This document shows positions 18,899 through 28,650 of a stretch of 64,000 nt of DNA, in pieces. The notes below the pieces were generated by a model, which saw only the letters and a program-made list of their open reading frames with translations, made no database searches and was not told the DNA's origin. The position numbers were made by a program, and so were the translations under genes. How positions within the stretch are numbered: position 1 is the stretch's first letter; every line of letters starts with the position of its first letter. This DNA comes from Flavobacteriaceae bacterium (lineage in GTDB: Bacteria; Bacteroidota; Bacteroidia; Flavobacteriales; Flavobacteriaceae), in the NCBI GenBank assembly GCA_947453195.1, contig CANGFO010000004.1:69672-133671 (forward strand). Reading direction: 5' to 3'.

Positions 18899-19831
18899 CT
18901 AATTTAAATTCATTGTCGTTCCTGCTGGAATCACATATTTTTTATCAGCTACTTTTATGTAAATAGGTAAGGAACTTAAATTAGTTACTTTATTTTTTAT
19001 TGCAGAGAACTTCAAATTTTTATAGGCATTGATATAATCAACCAAATCAATTTGTTTGGCATAATATATTGTTAAATTACCTGCTAACATTTTAAAGAAT
19101 TTTTCAGTTTCATTCCACTTGATTTCATCGGTTCCCATTTCCCAACTATGTCCCCAAATATCTAATACTGCTAATTCCTTTGATTTCAAAAAGGATTCAA
19201 TTGTTTGATAAAATAAGGCAATTTCTTTTTGATCTTTTTCTGGTTGATTCGGCTCCCAATAGGCTTTTGCAAACTGATGGATTGTAGGATGCCATCTCAA
19301 AAAATCATTCGGAATTTCAAAATTATAGGTATCTCCAACAGTTCTTGCATATTCAATTCCTAGCCGTTTTATGATTTCAACTACGGTATCGTTAGTGTTT
19401 CCAAAAGGGTAGGCCATTCCTCGTATAGGGTATCCCATTATACGCTCTAACTCTTTTCGATCTTCAAAAATTTCATTCGCAACTTCTGATTTAGAAATAT
19501 CTGGTAAATTAGGATGATTGGCAGAATGAACGGATACTTCATGACCCTTGTAAAGCTCCTTTAACTCCTCTTTATTTAAATAATCATAATAGGAATTAGT
19601 ACTTAATTTATTTGAATTTAAATGAAACGTTCCAATGAGTTGGTATTTGTTCATCATTGCGACCAATTTTCTGTCATTTTTTGCTCCATCATCATAACTC
19701 AAAATTAGTGCTTTGGTTTTTCCCTCAGGGAAAAGCATTTCAATTTTTATGGATTTGTTAGTGTCAATGTTAACTTGTGCACAATTAGAGAATGTGGTAT
19801 GTAACACTAAAATAAATATATACTTTTTCAT
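18899..19831 (-). CDS. Polysaccharide deacetylase (CE4/NodB family), exported
   Basis: SYDDG, HSANH and RGMAYPFG; N-terminal signal-like segment. Confidence 0.85.
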   Translation of the reverse strand: MKKYIFILVLHTTFSNCAQVNIDTNKSIKIEMLFPEGKTKALILSYDDGAKNDRKLVAMMNKYQLIGTFHLNSNKLSTNSYYDYLNKEELKELYKGHEVSVHSANHPNLPDISKSEVANEIFEDRKELERIMGYPIRGMAYPFGNTNDTVVEIIKRLGIEYARTVGDTYNFEIPNDFLRWHPTIHQFAKAYWEPNQPEKDQKEIALFYQTIESFLKSKELAVLDIWGHSWEMGTDEIKWNETEKFFKMLAGNLTIYYAKQIDLVDYINAYKNLKFSAIKNKVTNLSSLPIYIKVADKKYVIPAGTTMNLN

Positions 19832-19906
19832 AGATCTAAATTCTAATGCAAATTAATGATAATTAAGATTCAAAAAAGTTAATAATGCAAATTTTTTAAA
19901 AAAATG

Positions 19907-19963
19907 TATATACCTATTTAGCAAAATTAATTCTACTCGTATTTCTTTATTATCTAAATTTAC
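19907..19963 (+). promoter_or_regulatory. Candidate operator box plus TAnnTTTA promoter element upstream of the prpE-like gene
   Basis: TATATACCTATTTAGCAA at 19907-19924 and TAAATTTAC at 19955-19963; the same architecture occurs upstream of acs. Confidence 0.5.
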
Positions 19964-20000
19964 TTAATTCAATTAAACAATTGTTAATTTATATATCACA

Positions 20001-21896
20001 ATGAATTACGAAGAATTCTATTCTAAAAGTATCCAATCACCAGAAAAATTTTGGGCTGAACAAGCTGAAGCTATTTCATGGTTTAAAAAACCGACTGCCA
20101 TTTTATCTAAAGATGAAAATGATTATCCGTTATGGTTTAATGACGGGGAAATAAATGTTTGTTATTTAGCTTTAGATAAACATATAGAAGATGGGTTTGG
20201 GGATCAAGATGCTATAATTTACGATTCACCTGTTACACAAATTGTAAGAAAATATACCTTTAACGAAGTGAAAACAGAGGTTGCAAAACTGGCCGGAGGG
20301 ATGCTGTCCTTAGGATTAAAAAAAGGAGATACTGCAGTGATTTATATGCCTATGATTCCGCAAGCCGCTTTTGCTATGTTAGCTTGTGCAAGGATAGGAG
20401 TTACCCATTCGGTTGTTTTTGGTGGATTTGCTCCACATGAATTAGCCATTCGAATTGATGATTGCAAACCAAGAGTACTATTAACGGCATCTTCTGGGAT
20501 AGAAATTGATAGGCTGATTGCTTATAAGCCACTTGTGGATGAAGCCATTGAATTAGCAGAACACAAGCCAAAAAAAGTTATCGTTTTTAATCGGAAATTA
20601 GGTGCAAGAATTCCATTTAAGAAATACGATGTAGATTATGATGCTTTAGTCTATGGATCTGAAGAGACGCCCTGTGTGAGTGTTAATGCCACCCATCCTT
20701 TATATGTATTATACACATCTGGAACAACGGGAAAACCAAAAGGAATTGTCAGAGATTCTGGAGGCTATGCTACAGCACTTAAATTTTCAATGCAATACAT
20801 TTATGGAGCAAAACAAGATGAAGTTTTTTGGGCCGCTTCCGATGTGGGCTGGGTTGTAGGACATAGTTTTATTGTATACGGCCCCTTAATTAATAGAAAT
20901 ACCACTGTATTATTTGAAGGAAAACCAATTAAGACTCCAGATGCTAGTACTTTTTGGAGAGTAATTTCTGAACATAAAGTGGCAACTATGTTTACCGCTC
21001 CAACGGCTATTCGTGCAATTAAAAAAGAAGATCCAAACGGGGAATTTATTAAGCAATATGATTTGTCTTGTTTACGAACTCAATTTTTAGCTGGAGAGCG
21101 CTGCGATGTTGCTACATTAGAATGGTATAACCAACATATCCCTGTTCCTGCAATTGACCACTGGTGGCAAACTGAATCAGGTTGGCCAATGATTGCCGAT
21201 ATGATGGGAGTGGAGTATTTACCCGTAAAACCAGGATCTGCCGGAAAAGCAGTGTCTGGTTATGATATTAGAATATTTGGAGAAAACGGAACCGAATTAG
21301 GTCCTAATGAAGAAGGGTATGTAGTCATAAAATTACCATTACCTCCGGGAACCATGTTGGATTTATGGAAAGACAATCATCGATTTCAAGAAGGCTATTT
21401 GAAGAAGTTTCCTGGATATTATTTTTCTGGAGATGGAGGATATAAAGACGATGATAATTATATTTTTATAACGGGTAGGGTAGATGATGTAATTAATGTT
21501 GCCGGTCATAGACTTTCTACTGCAGAGATGGAAGAGATCGTTTCATCACATCACTCTGTTGCAGAGTGTGCTGTGGTTGGAATCAATGATGATTTAAAAG
21601 GTCAAGTTCCTTTAGGTCTAGTAGTTGTAAAACATGGTGAAGCTATAGAACATTTTCAATTACAGCATGAGGTAGTTCATTTAGTAAGAGAACAAATAGG
21701 AGCAGTGGCTTCTTTAAGGGATGTAGTTGTGGTAGAGCGATTACCAAAAACACGTTCGGGTAAAATTCTAAGAAAGTTATTGAGAAGTATCGCGGATGGA
21801 GAAAGTTTCCAAACTCCTTCAACAATAGATGATGAAGCAATAATAGATGAAATAAAGTTAGAATTTATAAAATCTAAAATAGGATCTTTTAAATAA
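20001..21896 (+). CDS. prpE: Propionate/acetate--CoA ligase (PrpE-like)
   Basis: YTSGTTGKPKG, DHWWQTESG, GRVDDVINVAGHRLST and PKTRSGKILR. Confidence 0.8.
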   Translation: MNYEEFYSKSIQSPEKFWAEQAEAISWFKKPTAILSKDENDYPLWFNDGEINVCYLALDKHIEDGFGDQDAIIYDSPVTQIVRKYTFNEVKTEVAKLAGGMLSLGLKKGDTAVIYMPMIPQAAFAMLACARIGVTHSVVFGGFAPHELAIRIDDCKPRVLLTASSGIEIDRLIAYKPLVDEAIELAEHKPKKVIVFNRKLGARIPFKKYDVDYDALVYGSEETPCVSVNATHPLYVLYTSGTTGKPKGIVRDSGGYATALKFSMQYIYGAKQDEVFWAASDVGWVVGHSFIVYGPLINRNTTVLFEGKPIKTPDASTFWRVISEHKVATMFTAPTAIRAIKKEDPNGEFIKQYDLSCLRTQFLAGERCDVATLEWYNQHIPVPAIDHWWQTESGWPMIADMMGVEYLPVKPGSAGKAVSGYDIRIFGENGTELGPNEEGYVVIKLPLPPGTMLDLWKDNHRFQEGYLKKFPGYYFSGDGGYKDDDNYIFITGRVDDVINVAGHRLSTAEMEEIVSSHHSVAECAVVGINDDLKGQVPLGLVVVKHGEAIEHFQLQHEVVHLVREQIGAVASLRDVVVVERLPKTRSGKILRKLLRSIADGESFQTPSTIDDEAIIDEIKLEFIKSKIGSFK

Positions 21897-21900
21897 TCTA

Positions 21901-21957
21901 TATATATTTATTTAGCAAGAAAAATCTTTTTCAAAATAATAGAATACTTATATTTAC
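21901..21957 (+). promoter_or_regulatory. Candidate operator box plus TAnnTTTA promoter element upstream of acs
   Basis: TATATATTTATTTAGCAA at 21901-21918 (16/18 identical to the prpE box) and TATATTTAC at 21949-21957, with the same spacing. Confidence 0.5.
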
Positions 21958-22002
21958 ATAAAATTAATTACTAGTTAAATTTAACTAATTACCCCAATTA
22001 CA

Positions 22003-23910
22003 ATGAGTTATTATAAAATACAAAACTTAGAACATTACTTTAAAATGTATAAAAAGTCGGTACGCGAACCTAGAAAATTTTGGGATCGTATTGCTGATGA
22101 GAATTTTACCTGGTACCAAAAATGGGAAAAAGTATTTGAATTTGATATGCAAGAATCTAAATTCAAGTGGTTTATTGATGCCAAAGTAAATATTACAAAA
22201 AATTGTATTGACAGACATTTATCAAAAAGAGGTGAAAAAACCGCAATAATTTTCGAGCCAAACGACCCTAGTGAAGCAGCCCAACATATTTCTTATAACG
22301 AATTGTATGCACGAGTTTCAAGAATGGCAAATGTTCTTAGAGAACAAGGTGTGAAAAAGGGAGATCGTGTTTGTATTTATTTACCAATGATACCTGAATT
22401 GGCAGTTTCAGTTTTGGCTTGCGCCCGAATTGGAGCTATCCATTCAGTTGTTTTTGCTGGATTTTCTTCTTCAGCAGTTTCAGCGAGAATTAACGACTCG
22501 GAATGTAAAATGGTAATCACTTCTGATGGAAGTTATCGCGGAAATAAAGCAATTGACTTAAAAGGAATTGTAGATGAGGCTTTAGAAAAATCTCCATGTG
22601 TAGAAAAAGTATTGGTTGTTAAACGTACAAATACTAATGTAAACATGAAAGAAGGACGCGACCAATGGCTGCAACCTTTAATGGATGCTGCAGTTCCAAA
22701 TAACGTAGCAGAAATTATGGATTCAGAAGATCCGTTATTTATATTGTATACTTCAGGATCTACAGGGAAACCTAAAGGAATGGTTCATACCACTGCTGGT
22801 TACATGGTTTATACAGCTTATACCTTTAAAAATATTTTTAATTACGAAGAAAATGACGTGTATTGGTGTACTGCTGATATTGGTTGGATTACCGGACATT
22901 CGTATATATTATACGGACCATTATTAAATGGAGCTACTACAGTAATTTTTGAAGGTGTTCCTTCTTATCCTGACTTTAGCCGTTTTTGGGAAGTAATAGA
23001 AAAACATAAAGTAAATCAGTTTTATACTGCACCAACTGCAATTAGAGCCCTAGCAAAGGAAAGTTTAGATTACGTTCAAAGATTCCCTTTAAGTTCATTA
23101 AAAGTTATTGGCTCTGTTGGAGAACCAATTAATGAAGAAGCATGGCACTGGTACAATGACCATGTAGGAGGGAAGCGCTGTCCACTTGTAGATACGTGGT
23201 GGCAAACCGAAACTGGTGGAATTATGATTTCACCAATACCTTTTGTAACCCCAACAAAACCAACCTATGCATCCTTACCATTACCTGGAATTCAACCGGT
23301 TTTGATGGATGAATTGCGTAATGAAATCGACGGAAACCAAGTTACAGGAAGTTTATGTATAAAATTTCCTTGGCCTTCTATGGCTAGAACAATTTGGGGA
23401 GACCACCAAAGATATAAAGAAACTTATTTCTCAGCATTCCCCGGTAAATACTTTACTGGAGATGGAGCATTAAGAGATGAAGTTGGGTACTATAGAATTA
23501 CCGGAAGAGTAGATGATGTAATTATTGTTTCTGGGCATAATCTAGGTACTGCACCAATAGAAGATGCTATAAATGAACACCCAGCCGTGGCAGAAAGTGC
23601 TATTGTTGGATTCCCTCATGATATTAAAGGTAATGCACTTTATGGTTTTGTAATCTTAAAAGAAGTAGGGGAAAGTAGAAATCATGAAAACCTTGCAAAA
23701 GAGATCAATCAATTGATTTCAGATCAAATTGGGCCAATTGCTAAATTGGATAAAATTCAGTTTGTTTCTGGTTTACCAAAAACAAGATCTGGTAAAATCA
23801 TGCGTAGAATTTTAAGAAAAATTGCCGAAGGAGATTTCTCTAATTTTGGGGATACTTCAACTTTATTGAATCCAGAAATTGTAGATGAAATAAAGGATGG
23901 TAAAATTTAG
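22003..23910 (+). CDS. acs: Acetyl-CoA synthetase (AMP-forming)
   Basis: YTSGSTGKPKG, CTADIGWITGH, DTWWQTETG and PKTRSGKIMRRILRK. Confidence 0.95.
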   Translation: MSYYKIQNLEHYFKMYKKSVREPRKFWDRIADENFTWYQKWEKVFEFDMQESKFKWFIDAKVNITKNCIDRHLSKRGEKTAIIFEPNDPSEAAQHISYNELYARVSRMANVLREQGVKKGDRVCIYLPMIPELAVSVLACARIGAIHSVVFAGFSSSAVSARINDSECKMVITSDGSYRGNKAIDLKGIVDEALEKSPCVEKVLVVKRTNTNVNMKEGRDQWLQPLMDAAVPNNVAEIMDSEDPLFILYTSGSTGKPKGMVHTTAGYMVYTAYTFKNIFNYEENDVYWCTADIGWITGHSYILYGPLLNGATTVIFEGVPSYPDFSRFWEVIEKHKVNQFYTAPTAIRALAKESLDYVQRFPLSSLKVIGSVGEPINEEAWHWYNDHVGGKRCPLVDTWWQTETGGIMISPIPFVTPTKPTYASLPLPGIQPVLMDELRNEIDGNQVTGSLCIKFPWPSMARTIWGDHQRYKETYFSAFPGKYFTGDGALRDEVGYYRITGRVDDVIIVSGHNLGTAPIEDAINEHPAVAESAIVGFPHDIKGNALYGFVILKEVGESRNHENLAKEINQLISDQIGPIAKLDKIQFVSGLPKTRSGKIMRRILRKIAEGDFSNFGDTSTLLNPEIVDEIKDGKI

Positions 23911-23935
23911 TTTTTTTTTAGTTTAAATAGTTTTT

Positions 23936-23970
23936 AAAAAGCTGCTTCTTATGAAGTAGCTTTTTTTTTT
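23936..23970. terminator. Bidirectional rho-independent terminator
   Basis: aaaaagctgcttc-ttat-gaagtagctttttttttt between convergent genes. Confidence 0.85.
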
Positions 23971-23974
23971 ATAG

Positions 23975-24349
23975 TTAACTATTATCTTTTCGGATATAAA
24001 CTATGAAAGATATAGATAGAGCTAAATAGGGAAGTGTACTGCAAAATATCTTATAATTTTTGGAAAATATTCCGACTATAAAAAAGAAAAATACTAGTAA
24101 AAATAACAAAAACACACCTAATGTATTCGCTTTTTTATTGAATTTAGGATATAAAACACCAAGAATTAGTAGGATTTGAGCAATTAATCCAGCCAAAATA
24201 ACCGGATGCGTTAAATTATTAATTAGGCTCTCGGTTTTAGTCGCAATTTCTATTTCTCCTTGAAAAATAAACATGGAATTGTTTGGGGGCCACTCCAAGT
24301 AACAAAACTGAAAAGCTAGTAATAAAGTTAAATTTAATACTCTTCGCAT
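23975..24349 (-). CDS. Hypothetical membrane protein (about 4 TM)
   Basis: Hydrophobic 124-aa ORF abutting the exonuclease-like gene. Confidence 0.7.
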   Translation of the reverse strand: MRRVLNLTLLLAFQFCYLEWPPNNSMFIFQGEIEIATKTESLINNLTHPVILAGLIAQILLILGVLYPKFNKKANTLGVFLLFLLVFFFFIVGIFSKNYKIFCSTLPYLALSISFIVYIRKDNS

Positions 24350-24946
24350 TTACAAGATATTCAATCTAGATTTCAGTTTTAAAAACAATAACGCTAGGGT
24401 ATAAGCGTCATCGGTGGTAGAAATTCGTTCTGTTTTTGGGATTTTATATAAGGTTCCTAATTGTTCAATAGTAAAATTTGCATTGTTGATGTCGTTTAGT
24501 TTCTTGTGCATAATTTCGACATCCAAAGCTTCATTTTTTAATCTTCCGCAAGCCATTTTTTCAAGAACCTCATTAATCATTTCAACATCAAAATTAATGC
24601 GATGCCCAACCAAGGTTGAGTTTCCAATGTATTCAATGAGTTTTTCCATGGCTTGCCACTCTGACATTTTTGGTTGTTCAGACTCTAATAAGAAATCACT
24701 AGAAATACCATTATCGTGCAGGTATTTGTATTGCGGAATGGTAACTTCAAAAACATCTCCAATACGAATACTGTCTTCTATAATTGAAACTGCACCAAAC
24801 GATAATATAACGTCTTTTTTTGGATTTAACCCACTAGTTTCCGTGCATAAAACTACATATCGATTGGATTTGTGTTCGAATTTTGATAAGTAGGTCTTCC
24901 AGAATTCAGGAGAATTTTTATTTATATTTTTTAACCAATCAATCAT
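24350..24946 (-). CDS. DnaQ/PolC-like 3'-5' exonuclease family protein, catalytically degenerate
   Basis: ExoI reads VLCTETSG (Asp replaced by Cys), ExoII VGHRINFD is retained, and ExoIII reads RISTTDD (His absent). Confidence 0.8.
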   Translation of the reverse strand: MIDWLKNINKNSPEFWKTYLSKFEHKSNRYVVLCTETSGLNPKKDVILSFGAVSIIEDSIRIGDVFEVTIPQYKYLHDNGISSDFLLESEQPKMSEWQAMEKLIEYIGNSTLVGHRINFDVEMINEVLEKMACGRLKNEALDVEIMHKKLNDINNANFTIEQLGTLYKIPKTERISTTDDAYTLALLFLKLKSRLNIL

Positions 24947-24949
24947 AAC

Positions 24950-26863
24950 TTAAGAAAATTGCGTTAATTGAATTTTATCTTTAATCAACTCTTCAAGATC
25001 TTTCATTGGTGCTAAAGCATTTTTTAATTTCTCTTTGTCCACTTTATTCAGCTCATCTAAGTTGATAAATTGTCCAGTATCATCATTCTTTAAACCTTCT
25101 AAAGTTCTAAATTTAGATAAGACTAAAAATGCATCGGCACAATTTAAATAAATTTCAGAAAACTTAGGATCAACCATAGCTAACTGTTTAAATCTTAAGT
25201 AAGTGCTATTAACCCCTTTAATATTATTGCTTAAAATTAATAATCGAGCTCCATCTATTAAAGGCATTAATGCTTTAGTTTTGATGTCAAATTTGCCTTT
25301 ATGTTCCCCTTCTTCTTCAATATTGAACTTTTTAAAGAAGTTCAGTGGAGTAGGTTTTTTGATGGTATCGTTTCCTAAGTAATCTAAGAAAAGTACTTTA
25401 TTTTTTATGTTTGAAAAAATAATATCGGTTAGTGCGTCTTCAATTTTTTGTTCGCCAAAAGCCATTTCATAATCAAAGAATACGCTACTGATTTCATTAG
25501 TGCTTTCACCTGGAGTATTCATCCAATTCTCGTATTGTTTTACCCAGTCAGTCAATGACTTACACCACATCATATTGCTAGCCATATGGCCGTTAGGACA
25601 ATTTATATAACCTACTTTTTCAAGTGTTGCTGTGGCTTTTCGGGCTAATTTTAAAAAATAATCTTTTACATCTCTGTATTTTTCGGGAGTAACATCTTCA
25701 AAGACCAAAATACTATCTTGATCTGTTAATAATAACTGCTCTTTTCTACCTTGACTTCCAATGCTTAGCCAGGCAAAACGTGCAGGAGGAGAGCCTAATT
25801 CTAAAATAGCTTGCTCTACAGCGCGCTTAATAATGGCTAAAGTAATTTCTCCAACAATACTGCTAATATGAGTGAGCGGAATGTTTTTATTTAAAGAAGA
25901 TTGAATGATATCAGCCAATTTATTTCGAACTAATTTCAATTCTTTGGCGGTTTGAGATTTTTTTATCTCTTTTAAAAGAATTCCTGGATTATTAGCTTGA
26001 GCCACAACCAAATCATGTTCTGAAATTATACCTTTAACTTCCGATTTGTCCGTTCCGTCTTTAGTTACGCACAGGTGAGTAACCGCGTGTTTCAACATAA
26101 CCAACTGAGCTTCTGCAACTGAAATGTTTTCAGTAACCGTTATTACTGGAGAGGCCATGATTTTACTGATAGTATTCGTTAAAGGAAATCGGCCCGTAGC
26201 CACTTTAGACCTAAAATCTTTATCAGTAACAATGCCAATCGGGTTATTTTGATCAATAATTAAGGCGCTATCAAACATGTTTTCGGTAACCAACTGCGCA
26301 GCATCTTTAATTAAGGTATCGTGGCTAATTTTTAAAGGTGTTTTATTGTAGTTTAAAGACTGAAAGTATTGCATATCTGACTGATTATCAGTGTAGGATA
26401 CGTTATCAGATATCAAAGTATGATTTTTATTGTCTAAACTATTTTTTGTATTTACCGCAAAACTCTCCAGAAGAAAATCTAGAACCGGAGCATTTTGCGC
26501 CACAAATGGTTTAAAAGTAGCAATTGGAATAGCGTAAACAATACTTTCTTCACGGGCTTTTGCTGTCATTTGATAATTGTTCTTTGCGAAGAAAGGACGC
26601 AAACCAAAAATATCACCAGCATAACATTTATTTAATAAAGTTTCCTCAGCATCAGAAATAACAGTTAAATGAATAACTCCAGAGGCAACTACATAAAAAG
26701 AGTCGTGGAGCGAGTCATTTATCTGAAACAACGATTTATGTTTTTCTAAATTAATTACACGAATAGTTGATACAATCTTAAGTAAATCTTCGTAAGATAA
26801 ATAACTAAACGGTTCGTATTCTTTTAAAAAGTTTGCTATACGTTGGGAAATAGCATTTTCCAT
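24950..26863 (-). CDS. cNMP-binding + CBS + DUF294 (GlnD-like) nucleotidyltransferase
   Basis: cNMP domain GDIFG, CBS pair (GIVTDKD, GIISEHD), NTase motif GSQGRKEQLLLTDQD, and C-terminal FDIKTKALMP. Confidence 0.9.
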   Translation of the reverse strand: MENAISQRIANFLKEYEPFSYLSYEDLLKIVSTIRVINLEKHKSLFQINDSLHDSFYVVASGVIHLTVISDAEETLLNKCYAGDIFGLRPFFAKNNYQMTAKAREESIVYAIPIATFKPFVAQNAPVLDFLLESFAVNTKNSLDNKNHTLISDNVSYTDNQSDMQYFQSLNYNKTPLKISHDTLIKDAAQLVTENMFDSALIIDQNNPIGIVTDKDFRSKVATGRFPLTNTISKIMASPVITVTENISVAEAQLVMLKHAVTHLCVTKDGTDKSEVKGIISEHDLVVAQANNPGILLKEIKKSQTAKELKLVRNKLADIIQSSLNKNIPLTHISSIVGEITLAIIKRAVEQAILELGSPPARFAWLSIGSQGRKEQLLLTDQDSILVFEDVTPEKYRDVKDYFLKLARKATATLEKVGYINCPNGHMASNMMWCKSLTDWVKQYENWMNTPGESTNEISSVFFDYEMAFGEQKIEDALTDIIFSNIKNKVLFLDYLGNDTIKKPTPLNFFKKFNIEEEGEHKGKFDIKTKALMPLIDGARLLILSNNIKGVNSTYLRFKQLAMVDPKFSEIYLNCADAFLVLSKFRTLEGLKNDDTGQFINLDELNKVDKEKLKNALAPMKDLEELIKDKIQLTQFS

Positions 26864-26995
26864 AAATGTTTTATTTAAATGATTCCTATAAATATACTAC
26901 AAAAATAATAAACAAAGGAGTGTAATAAGGTAAAGGATTAATAAGTTTACTAACATATTTATTACCAATATTAACATTTTATGTAAAGGGTTTTG

Positions 26996-27027
<32 letters not shown>

Positions 27028-27045
27028 TGCAAGAATAATACGTAT

Positions 27046-28584
27046 TTAATCCAATTCACTAAGGATCTTTATTCGGTATATTTTACCAATAGCAACAATT
27101 AAGCGCGTGTTATAATCATCGATTAACCAACTGCGATAATTCTTTGAAACATTTCCAAGACAAGAACAATATTGTTTTATTCTAAATTCAATATCATCAA
27201 TTAGTTCTTTTGATAATCTTCGAGCTGATACTAAATCATCCGTGTTGTTCACACACATTTTTGCATGTTGATCTAAAGATTTTTCAATTATGGTTTTAGC
27301 TTTTAAATTAGCTCGAACAGTTATTTTAAACTCTTCCATGACATCCATATAAATATCTTCAGAATTTTTGAATTTAGCCAATAATTCTGGTGGCATGACA
27401 TATTTAAAATTACTCTCAATTTCCGCATCATCTCTCAAGTTTTCCAAATAATATTCGGGAGACTTGAAAATATGTTGCCAATCGACAGGATTATTCCACA
27501 AACCGAAACGCAAAGCATTGTTTCCTAGATCAATAATTGTAAAATTATCTTTATTTGGTAATTTTCTGGATCCACGCCCAATCATTTGAAAATAAAGCGT
27601 TAACGATTTTGTTGCTCTGTTTAAAATGATACTTTCAACCGTTGGTTCATCAAACCCCGTGGTTAATATTCCTACTGATGTTAATATTGCATCGGGAGTT
27701 TTCTTAAACCAACTTAAAATTTCTTTTCGATCTTCTGCGGTTGTTGTGTTATCTAAATGTCTTATATTAAATCCGGCTTGTTTAAAACTTTCATATACAT
27801 GAATTGAAGTATGAATTCCGTTATTGAAGATTAGTGTTTTCTTTCCTAACGATTTCTCGGTATATGCATGCAGAAGCTTTTCTTGCATGACCATATTTGT
27901 GTACAAGTCTTCTGAAGATTTGACCGTATAATCACCGTTTATCCCTACTTTTAGGGAAGTTAATCCCACATCATAGTTGTAAGTAGTTGCTTTTGCCAAA
28001 AATCCTTTGTCTATTAAGTTTTGAATAGTATCTCCCACAATTAACTCATTGTAGTTTTTATACATTGGCAGCTTAATATTTGAGCTCAATGGCGTTGCAG
28101 TTACACCTAAGATAAAAGCATTTGTAAAAGCGCTAAATAACTTTCTAAATGAGTTGAAATGAGCTTCGTCAATTATCAGTAAACCAACATCTTGTATCTC
28201 TAATTTATCATCATTAAGACGGTTTTTTAAAGTCTCAATCATTGCCACAAAACAAGAATATTCATCTTGATCTGGAAGTTCTTTAATAGCACTATTGATT
28301 ATTTTATTTTTTACATCAAATGCCTTTAGCATTTTAGAGGTTTGTTTACAAAGTTCTATTCGATGAGTTAAAACGACAACTTTCTTATTGTGCTTTTCTA
28401 AATATCTACGAGTAATTTCGGAGAAGATTACGGTTTTACCTCCGCCAGTTGGCAACTGATATAATAAATGATAATTGGAAGGTGCACTATCTATGCGGTC
28501 AAAGATCTTATCTATGTCACCTATTTGATAACTATAGAGTTCTTTTTTTTCTTCGATTTCTAGAAGTAGCTCTTTTTTTGACAT
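27046..28584 (-). CDS. SF2 DEAD/DEAH-box helicase
   Basis: LPTGGGKT, DEAH, TATP, TTGFDEP and QMIGRGSR. The ATG at 28584 is preferred because the TTG at 28605 lies inside the promoter element. Confidence 0.9.
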   Translation of the reverse strand: MSKKELLLEIEEKKELYSYQIGDIDKIFDRIDSAPSNYHLLYQLPTGGGKTVIFSEITRRYLEKHNKKVVVLTHRIELCKQTSKMLKAFDVKNKIINSAIKELPDQDEYSCFVAMIETLKNRLNDDKLEIQDVGLLIIDEAHFNSFRKLFSAFTNAFILGVTATPLSSNIKLPMYKNYNELIVGDTIQNLIDKGFLAKATTYNYDVGLTSLKVGINGDYTVKSSEDLYTNMVMQEKLLHAYTEKSLGKKTLIFNNGIHTSIHVYESFKQAGFNIRHLDNTTTAEDRKEILSWFKKTPDAILTSVGILTTGFDEPTVESIILNRATKSLTLYFQMIGRGSRKLPNKDNFTIIDLGNNALRFGLWNNPVDWQHIFKSPEYYLENLRDDAEIESNFKYVMPPELLAKFKNSEDIYMDVMEEFKITVRANLKAKTIIEKSLDQHAKMCVNNTDDLVSARRLSKELIDDIEFRIKQYCSCLGNVSKNYRSWLIDDYNTRLIVAIGKIYRIKILSELD

Positions 28585-28602
28585 AGCAATTTTACAATTT
28601 TG

Positions 28603-28610
28603 CAAAACTA
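28603..28610 (-). promoter_or_regulatory. -7 promoter element for the helicase
   Basis: Minus strand TAGTTTTG. Confidence 0.7.
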
Positions 28611-28650
28611 CACCTAAAAAAAGGTTTCACCATAACTATTTTAAATTATT

